Positions 38,161 through 52,145 of a stretch of 64,000 nucleotides of DNA are shown here, piece by piece; position 1 is the first letter of the stretch, and every line of letters starts with the position of its first letter. Where the stretch lies: contig NC_043010.1 in the NCBI RefSeq assembly GCF_006345805.1, positions 56,606,001 to 56,670,000 on the forward strand, read 5' to 3'. A model generated the notes under the pieces. The model ran no database searches and was not told where the DNA came from. It saw nothing but the letters and a program-made list of their open reading frames with translations. The position numbers and the translations under genes were made by a program. This DNA comes from Octopus sinensis. Its lineage: Eukaryota.

Positions 38161-40639
38161 TATAAAGTGGCCACCATGTATGGTTCCAGCTTATACTATC
38201 ACTTACTGAGTGGAGATTCATGGAACATTAACTGCTATTTCTAGCAGGTTCAATGACCACATAAAAGTGACTTGTCCGGTCAGTTCAAGCAGTCACTTTG
38301 AGATTCTTGTAGTTTATTTCCAACATTCAGCAAGTGCTCACCACAGAGGAGACGGCTGCTGTGAGTGTAGGGTAACCAGAGTTAGAAGGGGTTGACAAAT
38401 GTTGAAGGAGCCCCTATTTCACATCTGTTGACAATGAGGGCTTTCCTTCTGAGTAAATAATAATTGTACAATAAGCACGGGTATGAGATGTAGAGGGTAT
38501 GAAAGGGGTTGAGAGAGAAAGAAACCCATGCAGTAGTAGCAGGGCGGGTGGGGCATCGTTTGTTGAGGGATGATGCCTTTGCACCACTCAGGTGATCACA
38601 ACTCTCCAACTCATGGGTCCGAATAGTCATTGCTGGTGAGGGTTTTACGAGGTCAGAGTGCAACTCCTTGCCTCAGTCTCTTTTAGTCACCTTTTATGAC
38701 ATGCAGGGGAAACGGTGGGTCTTTGACAGCAACCAGAGCAATGTGAAATGAAGTATTTTGCTCAAGAGCACAACACCACACAGCCCAGCTCCGGGAATTG
38801 AAACCACAATCTGGCGATTGTAAGTACAACCACCTTAACCATTAGGCCGTGCCCGGGATGAAGGACTGTGCACAAATGAGGATAGAAAGTGGTTGGATAT
38901 AAGAGGCAGCACGTATATCAGGGGATTACTGGTACGGTGGACATGGGTGGGTGGGTGGGGGGTCTGGAGGATAAAAGTCAGAGAAAAAAGTGAATGGAGG
39001 ATGGTTGGGGTGGGTGGGTTAAACAAAGTGGAAGGAATTTGTGCAAGAGGGTGACTTAGGAAAGAATGGTGAAAGTTAATCGCAAGAGGTCGAATTTCAT
39101 ATGGAACCGTAACAAGGGGCGGGTGCCGGAGGAGATGTGTCTAACCGATGACTGATGGTGGCAGTGATGCTGGTAGCGACGATAATGATGAAAATACGAT
39201 GATGAAGCGGGTAACTACGGCCATGTCGACGATAACGACGTGGATGAGATATTGATGGTGGATGGCTAATTGCTAACGGTTGTTGCATCAGTAAATGATC
39301 CCCCATTATCTGTCCACCGAGACACTAGTAAACCGCGATCTATTTATAGCCGATATAAAGTAGGACAGAGAACGAAAATGGAATTTCTGTGAAGCTAATT
39401 GGAAATGTTAAGGTGAAGTGTTTTAGTAAACAGTTTAACCTGGATGGGGGAAAGTCAATAACAGGAATTGTTGTTGTACGACAGGTTGTTTATCTCTGCT
39501 TGTTGTGCAGTCAACATATATAGATGTAAGTACGTATCTGTGATAGAAAGAGAGAGAGAGAGAGAGAGCTGGAGTGAGTGTATATAATAGGTTTGCGTGT
39601 ATAGATTCCACTATAAACCAACGTTATCCCGTACCGCTTCTCCCCCCCTCCCTCGTCTCACTCAGTTGTAATCAAGCTAGAGTTGAACATCAACAACCAG
39701 CCATAGATGGCCTCTTTTCAGGTCATTCACCCTTCAGTGTTCCACAACACTCTGCCCCCAACCCATCACTCTCTGCACTTAATACACTGATCGCTGCCAA
39801 TTAATATACTTCAATAATCTCTCTCTCTCTCTCCTTCCCGCGCTCTATCCGTTTATCTGTGTATGTCTTATCTATCTATCTGTCTATCGGTCTATCTATC
39901 TATCTGTCTATACACGCATGCACACCACACACTCACACACACGCGAACACATCTATCTAGCTATATATATATATATATATACAATATATTAAAATAGATA
40001 GATAGGTGCGTGTGTCTGTATATATCCTTATTTACCGTGCGCCTTCCAAACTGGCATGGGTTCGGAGGTGGTTTAACAAGGTCCGACAGAGGACTGCCAT
40101 GCCCCGATGTTTGCCCTTCCTAACACCAGTCACTTTACGGCAGATATTGGTTGCTTTTTTGTGGGCCCAGCATGAATGAGATTTCCAAGTAACTTGCGAA
40201 ACAAAGAAAAAGACCCTTCAACTGAAAGGGGTTATAGAAAAGTGGGAGTTGACCTTATGCCAGGCAGGGAGAGGCTAAAGTATGATAAAGGGAGAGGCAA
40301 AGTTGTCTTACAAGAAGATACATGGTTACCCTGCATTGCATAAGGGTGGAAGTTCCTGGAATGGAAAGAAGATAAGGATGGTAGTGATGAGGTGTCAGAA
40401 CGTACTCTCAAGATACAAAAAGGTGAGTACAGAATCAAGAAGGGTGGGTGGGTAAGTTCATCAGAGCATGAGCGGAGAGTGACAGATGGTTAGAAATGGT
40501 GGTAGAGGTGAATGAGGCGATTGTTGTTGATGGTAAATAAGAATAATGGAAGGTGAGCGAAAAGCGGAAGAGTGGCTCGGGAAAGAAGAGGTGTTTAGTG
40601 GCAGAACACACAGGATGGACAACAGCAACGGAAGAGACC

Positions 40640-41420
40640 TGTTGTAGATAAAAAAAACAGGGAGTTTATGTGTGGAGCAGGAGCTTCTCCTCTAGCTACT
40701 CTTTCTGCTGCCATTATACTTCCAAACCTGTCTCTTTGCTTTTTTGGCTCTTTCTTCTGTCTCATCACCATGTCACCTTTTATCTGGCTGGATCTTTATA
40801 CCATCCACAGATTTGGTCTGTAGCTCTCAATAAGGTGTCCTAAAGGAACCCATAATCTTACTCTACATTATACATCTCTGTCTCCCTCTTGTTCTTGTCA
40901 AATGTTTCAACTAATATGGCTCCAGGTTTCTCAAAGTTCACTAAAGCTTCCATAACTTCCTGTTCTGGATGGTTTGCATCTCTGAGTCCTTTTATCTTTA
41001 AGTCTGAAGTCATTAGCCACTAACCCATATTCGGTTGTATATTCCTCATTTGGGAAGGACTTTTTATTCATAATTGTCTATCTGTCCTGTCTCTAGTGAG
41101 AATGTAGTCAATCTGGCTTATGTGTCAACTAGATTAACATTGGATCAGATGACTGGCTGGTTTAAGGAAGTTCATGTTGCAGACCATCTGGTCATTTACA
41201 TCAGAGAACTTCAGGAGGAGCCTTGTTCTCTCATTTCCAGCACCAAATCCATGGAAGCTATTGGGTTGTTGCCCAACTTATCCATTGAAGTCACTAGCCA
41301 TGAAGATGAGGTCACTGTCATTTGTTATCAAAGTAATCAGTAAAAGAACCTCATAAAATTGATTATTTTGTTTATATACCTGTCCCAATTCAGAACCTTG
41401 GCAGAGATAAATATTATTGT
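40640..41420 (-). mobile_element. Degraded RTE LINE endonuclease/linker region
   Basis: Minus FMASDFNG*VGQ, MVCNMNFLKPASHLI, SQIDYILTR (APE motifs GDFNxH and IDY), then LLRATDQICGWY, which matches the 23343 ORF. Confidence 0.75.
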
Positions 41421-42929
41421 TATGTTTCCAAGACTAGTCTAAGTGTGATTATCCTATACCACACTCTCACTACCTTAATCCTTATCTAATCATTTCTCTG
41501 CCATAAGTATGATTTCACTTCCCACACACCATCACTGCTTACCCAGAAGAATTTATGTTTTTTTCCTTGCCCATAAGAAGTCTGACTGAGGTCCCTCTCC
41601 ATCTTACCACTTGCACTCAACACATACCTCCATTCTAGCATTTTAATGTTACCACATCTATGTTTTATTGTGCCTACATTGATTGTGGTTATTCTAAGGT
41701 TGTGACATACAATTAGAGATAGCAGTTCCTACTGGGGGTGGAGAGAGGTACATCACCATTTGTATTTAGGTTAATTAGCAAAATGATGATTGTCTGCATA
41801 TACTGTAGATACCTACATACATACCTACATATATATATATATATATATATATAGTAACAACAAAAATTACTTGTGGATGGAAATTTCTAGACTTTATTAA
41901 TGTATTGCGACATATGTTTCTTTATCCCACTTATTCGTTTGTGAGGATATTTTCACATCCATAGGAGATTATTAAATATAATATCTAAGAATCTTGAGCT
42001 TGCCTCTATTCAATGTGTATGCTTCATCAGGCATTTGACAGGAATGGTTTTCTTTTTTTGCTGGACTGATGTTCACATTTAAAAGTCATTTTCGTTATTA
42101 CTATATTTATCCTAAGCTGTAAAGAGTTGCGCATATATAACCATCGCATAGGATTAATCTGGAAGATGGGAATAACAAGCAATAACTGATGACAGGAGGC
42201 GTGAGGGCTTTTAAAAGTGCATTCAGAGGCATTTACCCTAAACAAATTAAAAGGATGGATATATAGCAAGCTGGAGGAGATATCTTCCTGGGGCTAAAAG
42301 CTACAATAGCATTGACCCTTAAGGGTTAGCCGCATTTAGGTGGAAAATATACTTCACAATGTCATGCTGCTACTGTTTATATCTCGCTCAGAGATTTATT
42401 ATTGCTTGGAAGTAGTTAGAGGTGAATGTGGGAATGAGCAAGGGTGGGGGTGTAGATGGTGGGAAATATGTGTATGGAGAGGAGGAAGGTGGGAGATACA
42501 AGAGGGGCTAAGGAAGGAGAGTAGAAGAGAAAGTATGTGCAAGGTATAGGAGCAGTGGAGAGAGAGAGAGAGAGACCAGGGGCTTTCATGTGATATGGAA
42601 GGGTATTAAGAATGATAGCAGATAAGAATCTAGATTTGAGAAGAGAGCAGTAGCTGAAGGCTCAGGAGTGGGGGTCAGGGTTGGGTGGACTGATTGGTTG
42701 AAATAGAGATGGCAGGGAGGATGATGAATGTGGTAGACTGCTAGGATGGGATGTAATCTGTACCGATTCTGCCCTCTGGTTAGTGCAGAAAATTAGAGGA
42801 CCATAAATGGGTGAGGAATGAAAATGATGGGGACAGGGTCTTGCATCTACATACAAGTATAACGAAGGGGTTTTAGGATATCGTTTTTTTTTTTTTGCTG
42901 TAATGGACAAGTTTTTCGACCACAGCGAA

Positions 42930-43190
42930 ATGCCAATCATCTTGGTCCTTTGTCCTCTCTTTTGTAAGGCTCATCATTTTGAGATCATCCCATGTTTAAC
43001 TGGGTTGGTCTGCCTCTTTCAAAAGTTCCATCCATTTTAAGCAATCAGTACTTCTTTCTCCTCATCCATCCACATCACATGTATTCTCTCTTACGCACCA
43101 CATCTGATTCCTCTTATGCCTTTTCTCTCAATACATTTGCACTTTGTCATACATGATTATTAACTTTGCACATCTCACTAGCCCCACTCT
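42930..43190 (-). mobile_element. RTE LINE C-terminal remnant
   Basis: Homologous to 19620-19910. Confidence 0.55.
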
Positions 43191-43545
43191 CTGTCCCCAC
43201 AATCCTCTGCTATTATTACTAATGTACCTCCCATTTCTCACCCTTCCACCTCCACCCCCACCATACTCATTTCTCTCTCTCCTCCCACTCTCTACTACTG
43301 CCATCCTCTGCCCTATCCCCTCATATTCTCCAACCTCTACACAGACAATGTACAGTGATGAGTACCTCTTACACTGGCAACACTACAAGGCAATATCCAC
43401 AATGACGGTGGGGTCCATGCTCAGCCCACCCTCACCCTGTTCATTCTGTAAAGGGGTCGATGATGGAGGTGAGACAACTCAGAGTATAGAGGAATTCTTA
43501 CTGCTGTTTTGTTAACAAAACCATAGATCTCATTGATATTAATAA

Positions 43546-43750
43546 CCCTTCGTGTTATCGGCACAAGGCCTGAAATTTGTAGGGAGAGGGCCAGTCAACT
43601 ACATCAACCTCAGTGCTCAACTGGTATCTATTTCATCGACCCTGAAAGGACAAAAAGCAAAGTCAACCTCGGTAGCATTTGAACTCAGAACATATAGTCA
43701 GACGAAATGCCACTAAGCGTTTTGCCTGGCATGCTAATGGTTCTGCCAGT
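43546..43750 (-). mobile_element. tRNA-derived SINE (9290 superfamily)
   Basis: Reverse complement ctggcagaaccattagcatgccaggcaaaacgcttagtggcatttcgtctg...gagttcaaatgctaccgaggttgactttgc. Confidence 0.8.
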
Positions 43751-44879
43751 GGTAGGAGGGTGGGGAGAGAGACTGGCAGTGTAGCGAGTGAGAGTGTGAG
43801 TGATGTGTAGTGAGAGGGTGATGTTAAATGAGTGATGGGTGTGAAGAAAAGGGTAGCGTGAGTGAAGGAGCTTAGCAGCTGGTGGCACAGAGTCAGGTGG
43901 GGTGCAAACGGCAGTTATATGTTTACTGGTTAATGACGTCCAGAGGATTGTGGTAAGGTATCTGGGATACCATCAGAGCCAATACAACCTGCTATTACTT
44001 AGGCATCAAGATGGAAGAGAGATGCTAAGTTGACGCCCTTCCTGCTAATGTCTGTATGAGAGAGAGACAGACAGTAATAAGAGAGAATTGTTATGGATGG
44101 CATTGAAAAGTGGGCTGAGGTAGAGGAGGAGAGAGACATAGAAGGGTAACATTAGTGATAGATTAATGACTGGGGTTGGGGGTCCAGTGTGTTGATGACG
44201 ATACATAGGAGTTGAAGGATGGGTGTACCAAGTACCAAAAGATGTGCTGCAATCCCTCATTACTCAATCATCAGGATTCAGAAATGAAAAGGAGTCAGGC
44301 AAGACGGGGCTGGTGATAGAGAGCAGTGTTTCTGAGTAGGGACAGATCTAATGTTTTTTTCTCATTTCACTAGTGGCATGGTAAAAAGGGCAGAGGAGGA
44401 TTTTATTGCAGACAGAAATGGTTGAAAGCCTCAGTTTAATACATATCCCAGCCACCATTCCATCATTTTAAATGTATATCTCACCAAGCAGGCATGGGTA
44501 GCCAGATCTTTTCCAGCACCACTGACCACCGAGTTCTTCGTATTCTTCCCCAGTTCTCCGTATGGCCAGTGTGCTCAGTCTTTCCTCATCTTCTTTCTAA
44601 GACGCAACAACCTGAGATCAACCTTCACCACTTCATACCTGAATATACTTCAAACAACCAATGCAATTTAGAAATTTCAATGTAAACATGAAAGCTGTAA
44701 ACTCCATGACTCAAACTGTTATGTTGGACACAAAAATACACCACTATTTTATCAGCTAACAAATGTGTTTGCAACATGGGGCACTCCCACAAAATGAAAT
44801 TGGATAGAAAATCACTGTTAGAGAGAAGAACAATTTTATCTGGAATTCCACAAAAAAATGAGAAGAGAATAACTATGGT

Positions 44880-45760
44880 AGCTTAAACATGTGCAGAAAA
44901 TATGACTTCTGACCTGGACTTGTTGGGTAATTTTAAATTTGATGTTGATGATTTTATCAGTTCTAAAATTATACGCAAAATCCACTTTGTGTGAACATGT
45001 CATTTTTGCCATCACTTTATTTTGAGGGACTGTGAAGATTTTGAAATGTTTAGTAGACTGAAGCAGTGAGAACTTGGTGTTAAAGAAGGAAAAATTTCAG
45101 TTGATCCAATTTAGAAAAGGGAATAGACTTAAATAGACATATTGGCTTTCATTTGGGGAACTTGTCATAAAGCCAAATAACATCAGAAACTTGGGGGTAA
45201 TGGGTCCTTAAAATTTTCTGGTTCAGAAATCATGATAACAATTCTTCTCTTCTCTACATTTACCAGGTCTCGCTTTCAATGTTGCGGCCCACTAGGTTTT
45301 TGTACCAAAAGCATTATGCGAATCAAAGCAACCCAGAGATGAATCACAAAAAAATAAGTAAACAAATGGCTTGACTGTTGGGATTGCCCCTAAAAGCTCA
45401 AACCTTATTCATTCCAATGTTACCATGAGTGCTATATTATTTATGTAAGGTGGAAAATGGTCCAAGCGAAGCCAATATCAAGTTTACAAGTCATTCAAAG
45501 CCCACCCCCACCCCTATGCCATACATTCTCCACCAAAACTGAACTCACATCGCATAACAGCATTGCAATACAAATCTTTCATCTCAACTGGCTCTGCCAT
45601 AAATTGAACAAAATTCTGAAAGAAATTAAACAAAGACCCCAAAACATCGAAGCAGTACCAGGAAGAATTCAGCCAAGAAACTCTCAGACAAATCCCTGCC
45701 ACCAAGGCGCATCTCAGTAAACAACAAGCTCTCCCTTGAGTTGGCAACAATGTCCAAAAA
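44880..45760 (+). mobile_element. Degraded CR1-group LINE RT C-terminus
   Basis: Plus frames give EKFQLIQFRK...NIRNLGV, ILLFSTFTRSRFQCCGP, IKATQR*ITKKI, DCWDCP*KLKPYSFQCYHECYIIYVRWK and SVNNKLSLELA. Confidence 0.7.
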
Positions 45761-46571
45761 TATGTCTTTAAAAACTATGCCAGCTGCTGTTATTAAGTTA
45801 GACATGCCCAGGGCCAGTAATAATCAAAAACCTTTCTAAGCATTTAAGACGTGTGGGGGGGGGGCACACACACACACACACAATTTCTCCAGGATGAGTG
45901 ACAGAGAGAGAGAGAGAGAGAGAGAGGGAGACGGAGACAAGGATAGCCCCACCCCAGTCCCTGACCACCCTCTGGACCAGTTTCTGATTCTGTCTGCTGC
46001 ATAAGTCATGTTCCCACATCCTTGAAAAGTCTCTCTCTAGGCTGACTGTATGTCTGACAGTAATGATTCCCCCACTCCTCTCTCTCTCTCTCTCGCTCTC
46101 TCTCACACACCCCATTCCCCCACCTAGCTCCACCCCAGGGTCTGACATATATAAACTTCACTATTTTATACACACCCAGCTTTATTTTTCCAGCATAACT
46201 CAGCAATTCTCTCTCATATGAATTAAATTCACGTTCACTGGCTTCACACACACACACAACACACACACACACACACACACACACACTATCATCATCACAT
46301 TCAGCAGGTGGTGGTGGTGGTGGTGTACTTGTGCCACTTAAATACAGTTTACATAACATTTCTCGTCACCCAATTTGGTCATTGGTGACCAATGGCCAGT
46401 CACTGCTTTTATGAGGGCCTCAGTAGCAAGCAATGGGCATCATTGAAAGGGGACCAGTTTCTTGGCCCCTGTTGAGAGGTTTTGTTGATATATCAACAAC
46501 TGAAAACACACACAATTACATTTAACATATATACACACATATACGTACGTAACTCTCTCTCTCTCTCTCTT

Positions 46572-46609
<38 letters not shown>

Positions 46610-47016
46610 GTGTGTGTGTATATAATCTTTTGTTGTGTCTGGGGAGGTCATACTGCCTTAATATCCAACACACACTCACTGGTTCAATTTCTTCTCACTT
46701 ATTTTGTTTTTCTTTTCCAAAGATTTCATTGCTTTTGCAACCTTGACAATGGATGATGATGCTGTCCATAAATGGAACTCAGCTTCTATCACGGACAGAG
46801 TAAACCTCCATTGACAAGGCTGCAAAGCAATGAAACTTTTGGAAAAGAAAAAAAATATAATGAGATAAAACTGACCCAGTGTGTGTGTTGGATATTAAAG
46901 CAGTTTGACTCTCCCCAGACACAACAAAGTTTGTTTCAACACACAAATTCACATAAAGAATCTTGCAAACCAAATACAAAAAATAAAAGAATAAAAATAA
47001 TAATAATAATAAAAAT

Positions 47017-47058
<42 letters not shown>

Positions 47059-47230
47059 TTATAAGTATAAATTAATAATTAAAAATTTTTTAATTTTAAC
47101 TTTAAATTTAAATAATTTAAATTTTGAATTTTATATTTTATATATTTTGTATATTATATTAATTAATTTTATTTCTATGTTTTGGTTTATGGTTTTCACT
47201 GTTTGATTTGCCTAATAGTGGTTTTATCTC

Positions 47231-47280
<50 letters not shown>

Positions 47281-47282
<2 letters not shown>

Positions 47283-50005
47283 AAAACCATCCGAACGTGG
47301 CCGTAGCCAGTACCGCATCGACTGGCCTCCGTGCTGTGGGAACATGGTGGCACATAAAAACACCATCCGAAGACCCGGCAAGACTAGTCAGGTCATAACC
47401 CGTGGCCCCTACCTGGGACGTAGTCAGTCCACCTGTGCATACCTTCCTTCTTGTGACACTTGTGAAGACCTGTTGAGGCAAGTGAAAATCAAAAATCAAA
47501 ACAAATCAAAATAGATAAACATCAATGGAATTTGTATCTTTGTAGTACCAGTGCCGGTGGCACACAAGAGAAAACCATCCAAACGTGGCCGTAGTCAGTA
47601 CCGCATCACTGGCCATCGTGCTGTGGGCACATAACAAACACCATCCGATCGTGGCCATTCGCCAGCCTCATCTAGCACCTGTGTCGGTGGCACATAAAAA
47701 CACCATCCGAAGACCCGGCAAGACTAGTCAGGCCATAACCCATGGCCCCTACCTGAGACGTAGTCAGTCCACCTGTGCATACCTTCCTTCTTGTGACACT
47801 TGTGAAGACCTGTTGAGGCAAGTGAAAATCAAAATCAAAACAAATCAAAATAGATGAACATCAATGGAATCTGTATCTTTGTGGTACCAGTGCCGGTGGC
47901 ACACAAGAGAACCATCCGAACGTGGCCGTAGCCAGTTCCGCATCGACCGGCCTCCGTGCTGTGGGCACGTAACAAACACCATCCGATCATGGCCGTTCGC
48001 CAGCCTCATCTGGCACCTGTGTCGGTGGCACATAAAAACACCTTCCGAAGACCCGGCAAGTCTAGTCAGTCCACCTGTGCATACCTTCCTTCTTGTGACA
48101 CTTGTGAAGACCTGTTGAGGCAAGTGAAAATCAAATCAAATCGAAATAGATGAACATCAATGGAATTTGTATCTTTGTGGTACCAGTGCCTGTGGCACAC
48201 AAGAAATCCATCCGAACGTGGCCGTAGTCAGTACCGCATCGACTGGCCATCGTGCTGTGGGCACATAACAAACACCATCCGATCGTGGCTGTTCGCCAGC
48301 CTCATCTAGCACCTGTGTCGGTGGCACATAAAAACACCATCCGAAGACCCGGGAAGACTAGTTAGGCCTTATCCCATGGCCCCTACCTGGGACGTAGTCA
48401 GTCCACCTGTGCATACCTTCCTCCTTGTGATACTTGTGAAGGCCTGTTGAGGCAAGTGAAAATCAAAATGAAATCAAAACAAATCAAATCAAATCAAATC
48501 AAAACAAATCAAAATAGATGAACATCAATGGAATCTGTATCTTTGTGGTACCAGTGCCGTGGCACACAAGAGAACCATCCGAACGTGGCCGTAGCCAGTT
48601 CCGCATCGACCGGCCTCCGTGCTGTGGGCACGTAACAAACACCATCCGATCATGGCCGTTCGCCAGCCTCATCTGGCACCTGTGTCGGTGGCACATAAAA
48701 ACACCTTCCGAAGACCCGGCAAGTCTAGTCAGTCCACCTGTGCATACCTTCCTTCTTGTGACACTTGTGAAGACCTGTTGAGGCAAGTGAAAATCAAATC
48801 AAATCGAAATAGATGAACATCAATGGAATTTGTATCTTTGTGTACCAGTGCCTGTGGCACACAAGAAATCCATCCGAACGTGGCCGTAGTCAGTACCGCA
48901 TCGACTGGCCATCGTGCTGTGGGCACATAACAAACACCATCCGATCGTGGCTGTTCGCCAGCCTCATCTAGCACCTGTGTCGGTGGCACATAAAAACACC
49001 ATCCGAAGACCCGGGAAGACTAGTTAGGCCTTATCCCATGGCCCCTACCTGGGACTAGTCAGTCCACCTGTGCATACCTTCCTCCTTGTGATACTTGTGA
49101 AGGCCTGTTGAGGCAAGTGAAAATCAAAATGAAATCAAAACAAATCAAATCAAATCAAAACAAATCAAATCAAATCGAAATAGATGAACATCAATGGAAT
49201 TTGTATCTTTGTGGTACCAGTGCCGGTGGAACACAAGAAAACCATCCGAACGTGGCCGTAGCCAGTACCGCACCGACTGGCCTCCGTGCTGTGGGCACGT
49301 AACAAACACCATCCGATCATGGCCGTTCGCCAGCCTCATCTGGCACCTGTGTCGGTGGCACATAAAAACACCATCCGAAGACCCGGCAAGACTAGTCAGG
49401 CCATAACCTGTGGCCCCTACCTGGGACGTAGTCAGTCCACCTGTGCATACCTTCCTTCTTGTGACACTTGTGAAGACCTGTTGAGGCAAGTGAAAATCAA
49501 AACAAATCAAAATAGATGAACATCAATGGAATTTGTATCTTTGTGGTACCAGTGCCGGTGGCACGTGGCACACAAGAAAACCATCCGAACGTGGCCGTAG
49601 CCAGTACCGCATCGACTGGCCTCCGTGCTGTGGGCACGTAACAAACACCATCCGATCGTGGCCGTTTGCCAGCCTCATCTGGCACCTGTGTCGGTGGCAC
49701 ATAAAAACACCATCCGAGCGTGGCCGTCTGCCAGCCTCGTCTGGCACCTGTGTCGGTGGCACATAAAAACACCATCCGAGCGTGGCCGTTTGCCAGCCTC
49801 GTCTGGCTGGCACTGTGTCGGTGGCACATAAAATCACCCACTACACTCTCGGAGTGGTTGGCGTTAGGAAGGGCATCCAGCTGTAGAAACACTGCCAGAT
49901 CTGACTGGACTGGTGCAGCTTTCGGGCTCCCCAGACCCCAGTTGAACCGTCCAACCCATGCTAGCATGGAAAGCGGACGTTAAATGATGATGATGATGAT
50001 GATGA

Positions 50006-50008
<3 letters not shown>
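47281..50008 (+). repeat. Tandem array amplified inside an RTE LINE 3' UTR
   Basis: The marker atagat(g/a)aacatcaatgg occurs at 47511, 47850, 48146, 48514, 48809, 49180 and 49512. The array ends in a normal RTE terminus with a (GAT)n tail and is flanked by (TA)n on both sides. Confidence 0.95.
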
Positions 50009-50009
<1 letters not shown>

Positions 50010-50043
<34 letters not shown>

Positions 50044-50157
50044 TATATATATTCATATATATTATATATAAATTCATATATATATATTCACATATATTTA
50101 TATATATATATTTATATATAATATATATATATTTATATATATATATTCATATATATT

Positions 50158-50232
<75 letters not shown>

Positions 50233-50313
50233 TCATATATATTCATAATATTTATATATATTCATATATATTTATATAAATATATATATATAATATTCAT
50301 ATATATATAATAT

Positions 50314-50363
<50 letters not shown>

Positions 50364-50480
50364 AATATATATATATATATATTCATATATGAATATATAT
50401 ATATATATATGTATATATGTATATATATGTGTGTGTGTATGTGTGTATTATATATTTATATATAAATTCATATATATATT
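50010..50480. repeat. Interrupted (TA)n-rich tract
   Basis: Seen directly. Similar TA/TG-rich tracts occur at ~60410-61200 and ~61515-61680. Confidence 0.95.
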
Positions 50481-50741
50481 TTTATATATTAGAAGATTTG
50501 GAGGTGATGTACAGGTATTAAATATTAGAAGAAATAAGGTACTCAGCAATCTGGATGGTTTTACATTTACAGATTTTATTAATATGTCACATGTTTTTAT
50601 AAATCATATATTAGCGCTTGCATCTACTCTAGTAGAATCTTCAGATTTGAATTTTTTTTTAAGGGGATTCGTCTCTTTTTATAGTATTATTGAGTGTGTA
50701 GGGGTGATATATATATTTATATATAAATTCATATATATACT

Positions 50742-51612
50742 TGGTAACCTAGGTAACGGAAGCTATCAACTACTTCTAGTTTTTCTCCATGGAATGTGGC
50801 AAGAGTTGTTCTCTGCACATTTTCAGTGTTTATTGCACCAGAGCATCTGCCACATACAAAAACTAGATTCCCAGTTAGCCTTCCCTTGACATTGCTGCAC
50901 CTCTTATGAGTCCATAGCTTACTCTGAGTACATCTTATAGAGTTTCTACCTATGCTTTTTCTACAGATTGAGCAGGGCCATCTACCTGAAGGGATTTGTG
51001 GTTTGTCGGTCTTTTGTTTTAGCTAAGTTGACTCTAAGGCCCTTCGATTCTAATCCTTGCTTCCACACCTGAAACTTCTCTAGTTTTGATAATGACTCAG
51101 CAATTAGAGCAAGGTCGTCAGCATAGAGGAGCTCCCAGGGGCATCCTGTCTTGAATTCCTCCGTTATTGCCTGGAGGGCTATGATAAATAGGAGGGGGCT
51201 GAGGATTGAACCTTGGTGGACCCCTACCTCTACCCAGAATTCTTCACTATACTCATTGCCAACCCTCACCTTACTGACAGTATCCCTGTACATGGCTTGC
51301 ACAGCTCTCACTAACGATTCATCTATCCCTAATTTCCTCATTGACCACCAGATAAGGGATTGGGGGACCCTGTCGAAGTCTTTCTCAATGTCAATGAAAG
51401 CCAGGTACAGAGGTTTATCTTTGGCTACGTATTTCTCCTGCTGTTGCTGTACCAGAAATATAGCATCAGTGGTGCTTTTCCCTGGCACGAACCCAAACTG
51501 CATCTCATCTAGATTGACTCTCTCCCTAATTAGTTGGGCTATGGCCCTTTCCATGACTTTCATTACCTGATCCAACAACTTGATACCTCTGTAATTATTT
51601 GTATTTAAAGCG
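50742..51612 (-). mobile_element. RTE LINE RT fragment
   Basis: ORF 50982-51635: NYRGIKLLDQVMK, QFGFVPGKSTTDAIF, GVHQGSILSPLLF, LYADDL. Same family as 23325-25120; truncated at both ends. Confidence 0.93.
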
Positions 51613-51715
51613 TCATATATATATATATACATCATTACGAAACTGTATATATACTGCTATATACTTATCACAGTCACTATATTGTAACTCATATGCATAC
51701 ACACACATACGCACA

Positions 51716-51769
<54 letters not shown>

Positions 51770-52110
51770 GCACACACGTATACACACTGACTCACTAATA
51801 GGATATTTTGCACCAGTTGTTTATGTAGAGTGTATGTATGTGTCTGGTCTGTGAGTGTACCTGTGTAGGTTTGTATGTGTGTGTGAGTGTGTGCAGTTTC
51901 ACACCTGCTGTCTGTGAGATGCTGGTATTAGCTATGACATTTTTCTTGAAATTGAGGTTGATGTTGGGGGGGGGGCAGAGGTGGAGGGGTAAGCTACATC
52001 TGAGAGTGGCAAGAAGGGAGAGAATTGGGTGTGGGTTATTATTGGAAAAGTTTGAGAGGTCAGGGAGGTGGTGGCGGAGGAGTAGAGAAAGAGAGATAGT
52101 TGGGAGTGAA

Positions 52111-52145
<35 letters not shown>

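Noticed and set aside
39612-39667. TATAAA plus TCAGTT initiator as a core promoter
   Set aside because: Spacing is ~52 nt rather than ~30 nt.
45264-45810. Apparent minus-strand exons (NFVQFMAEPVEMKDLYCNAVMR, LGRNIESET, GIVFKDIFLD...) with plausible splice sites
   Set aside because: The plus strand of the same interval is a colinear decayed CR1-group RT C-terminus, and joining two of the pieces needs a 43-nt intron.
47845-49983. Repeated ORFs in the tandem array as a repeat-protein gene
   Set aside because: The sequence is an RTE 3' UTR, and frames are not preserved between monomers.
47281-50008. CRISPR-like array
   Set aside because: There are no unique spacers because whole units repeat; the context is eukaryotic and there are no cas genes.
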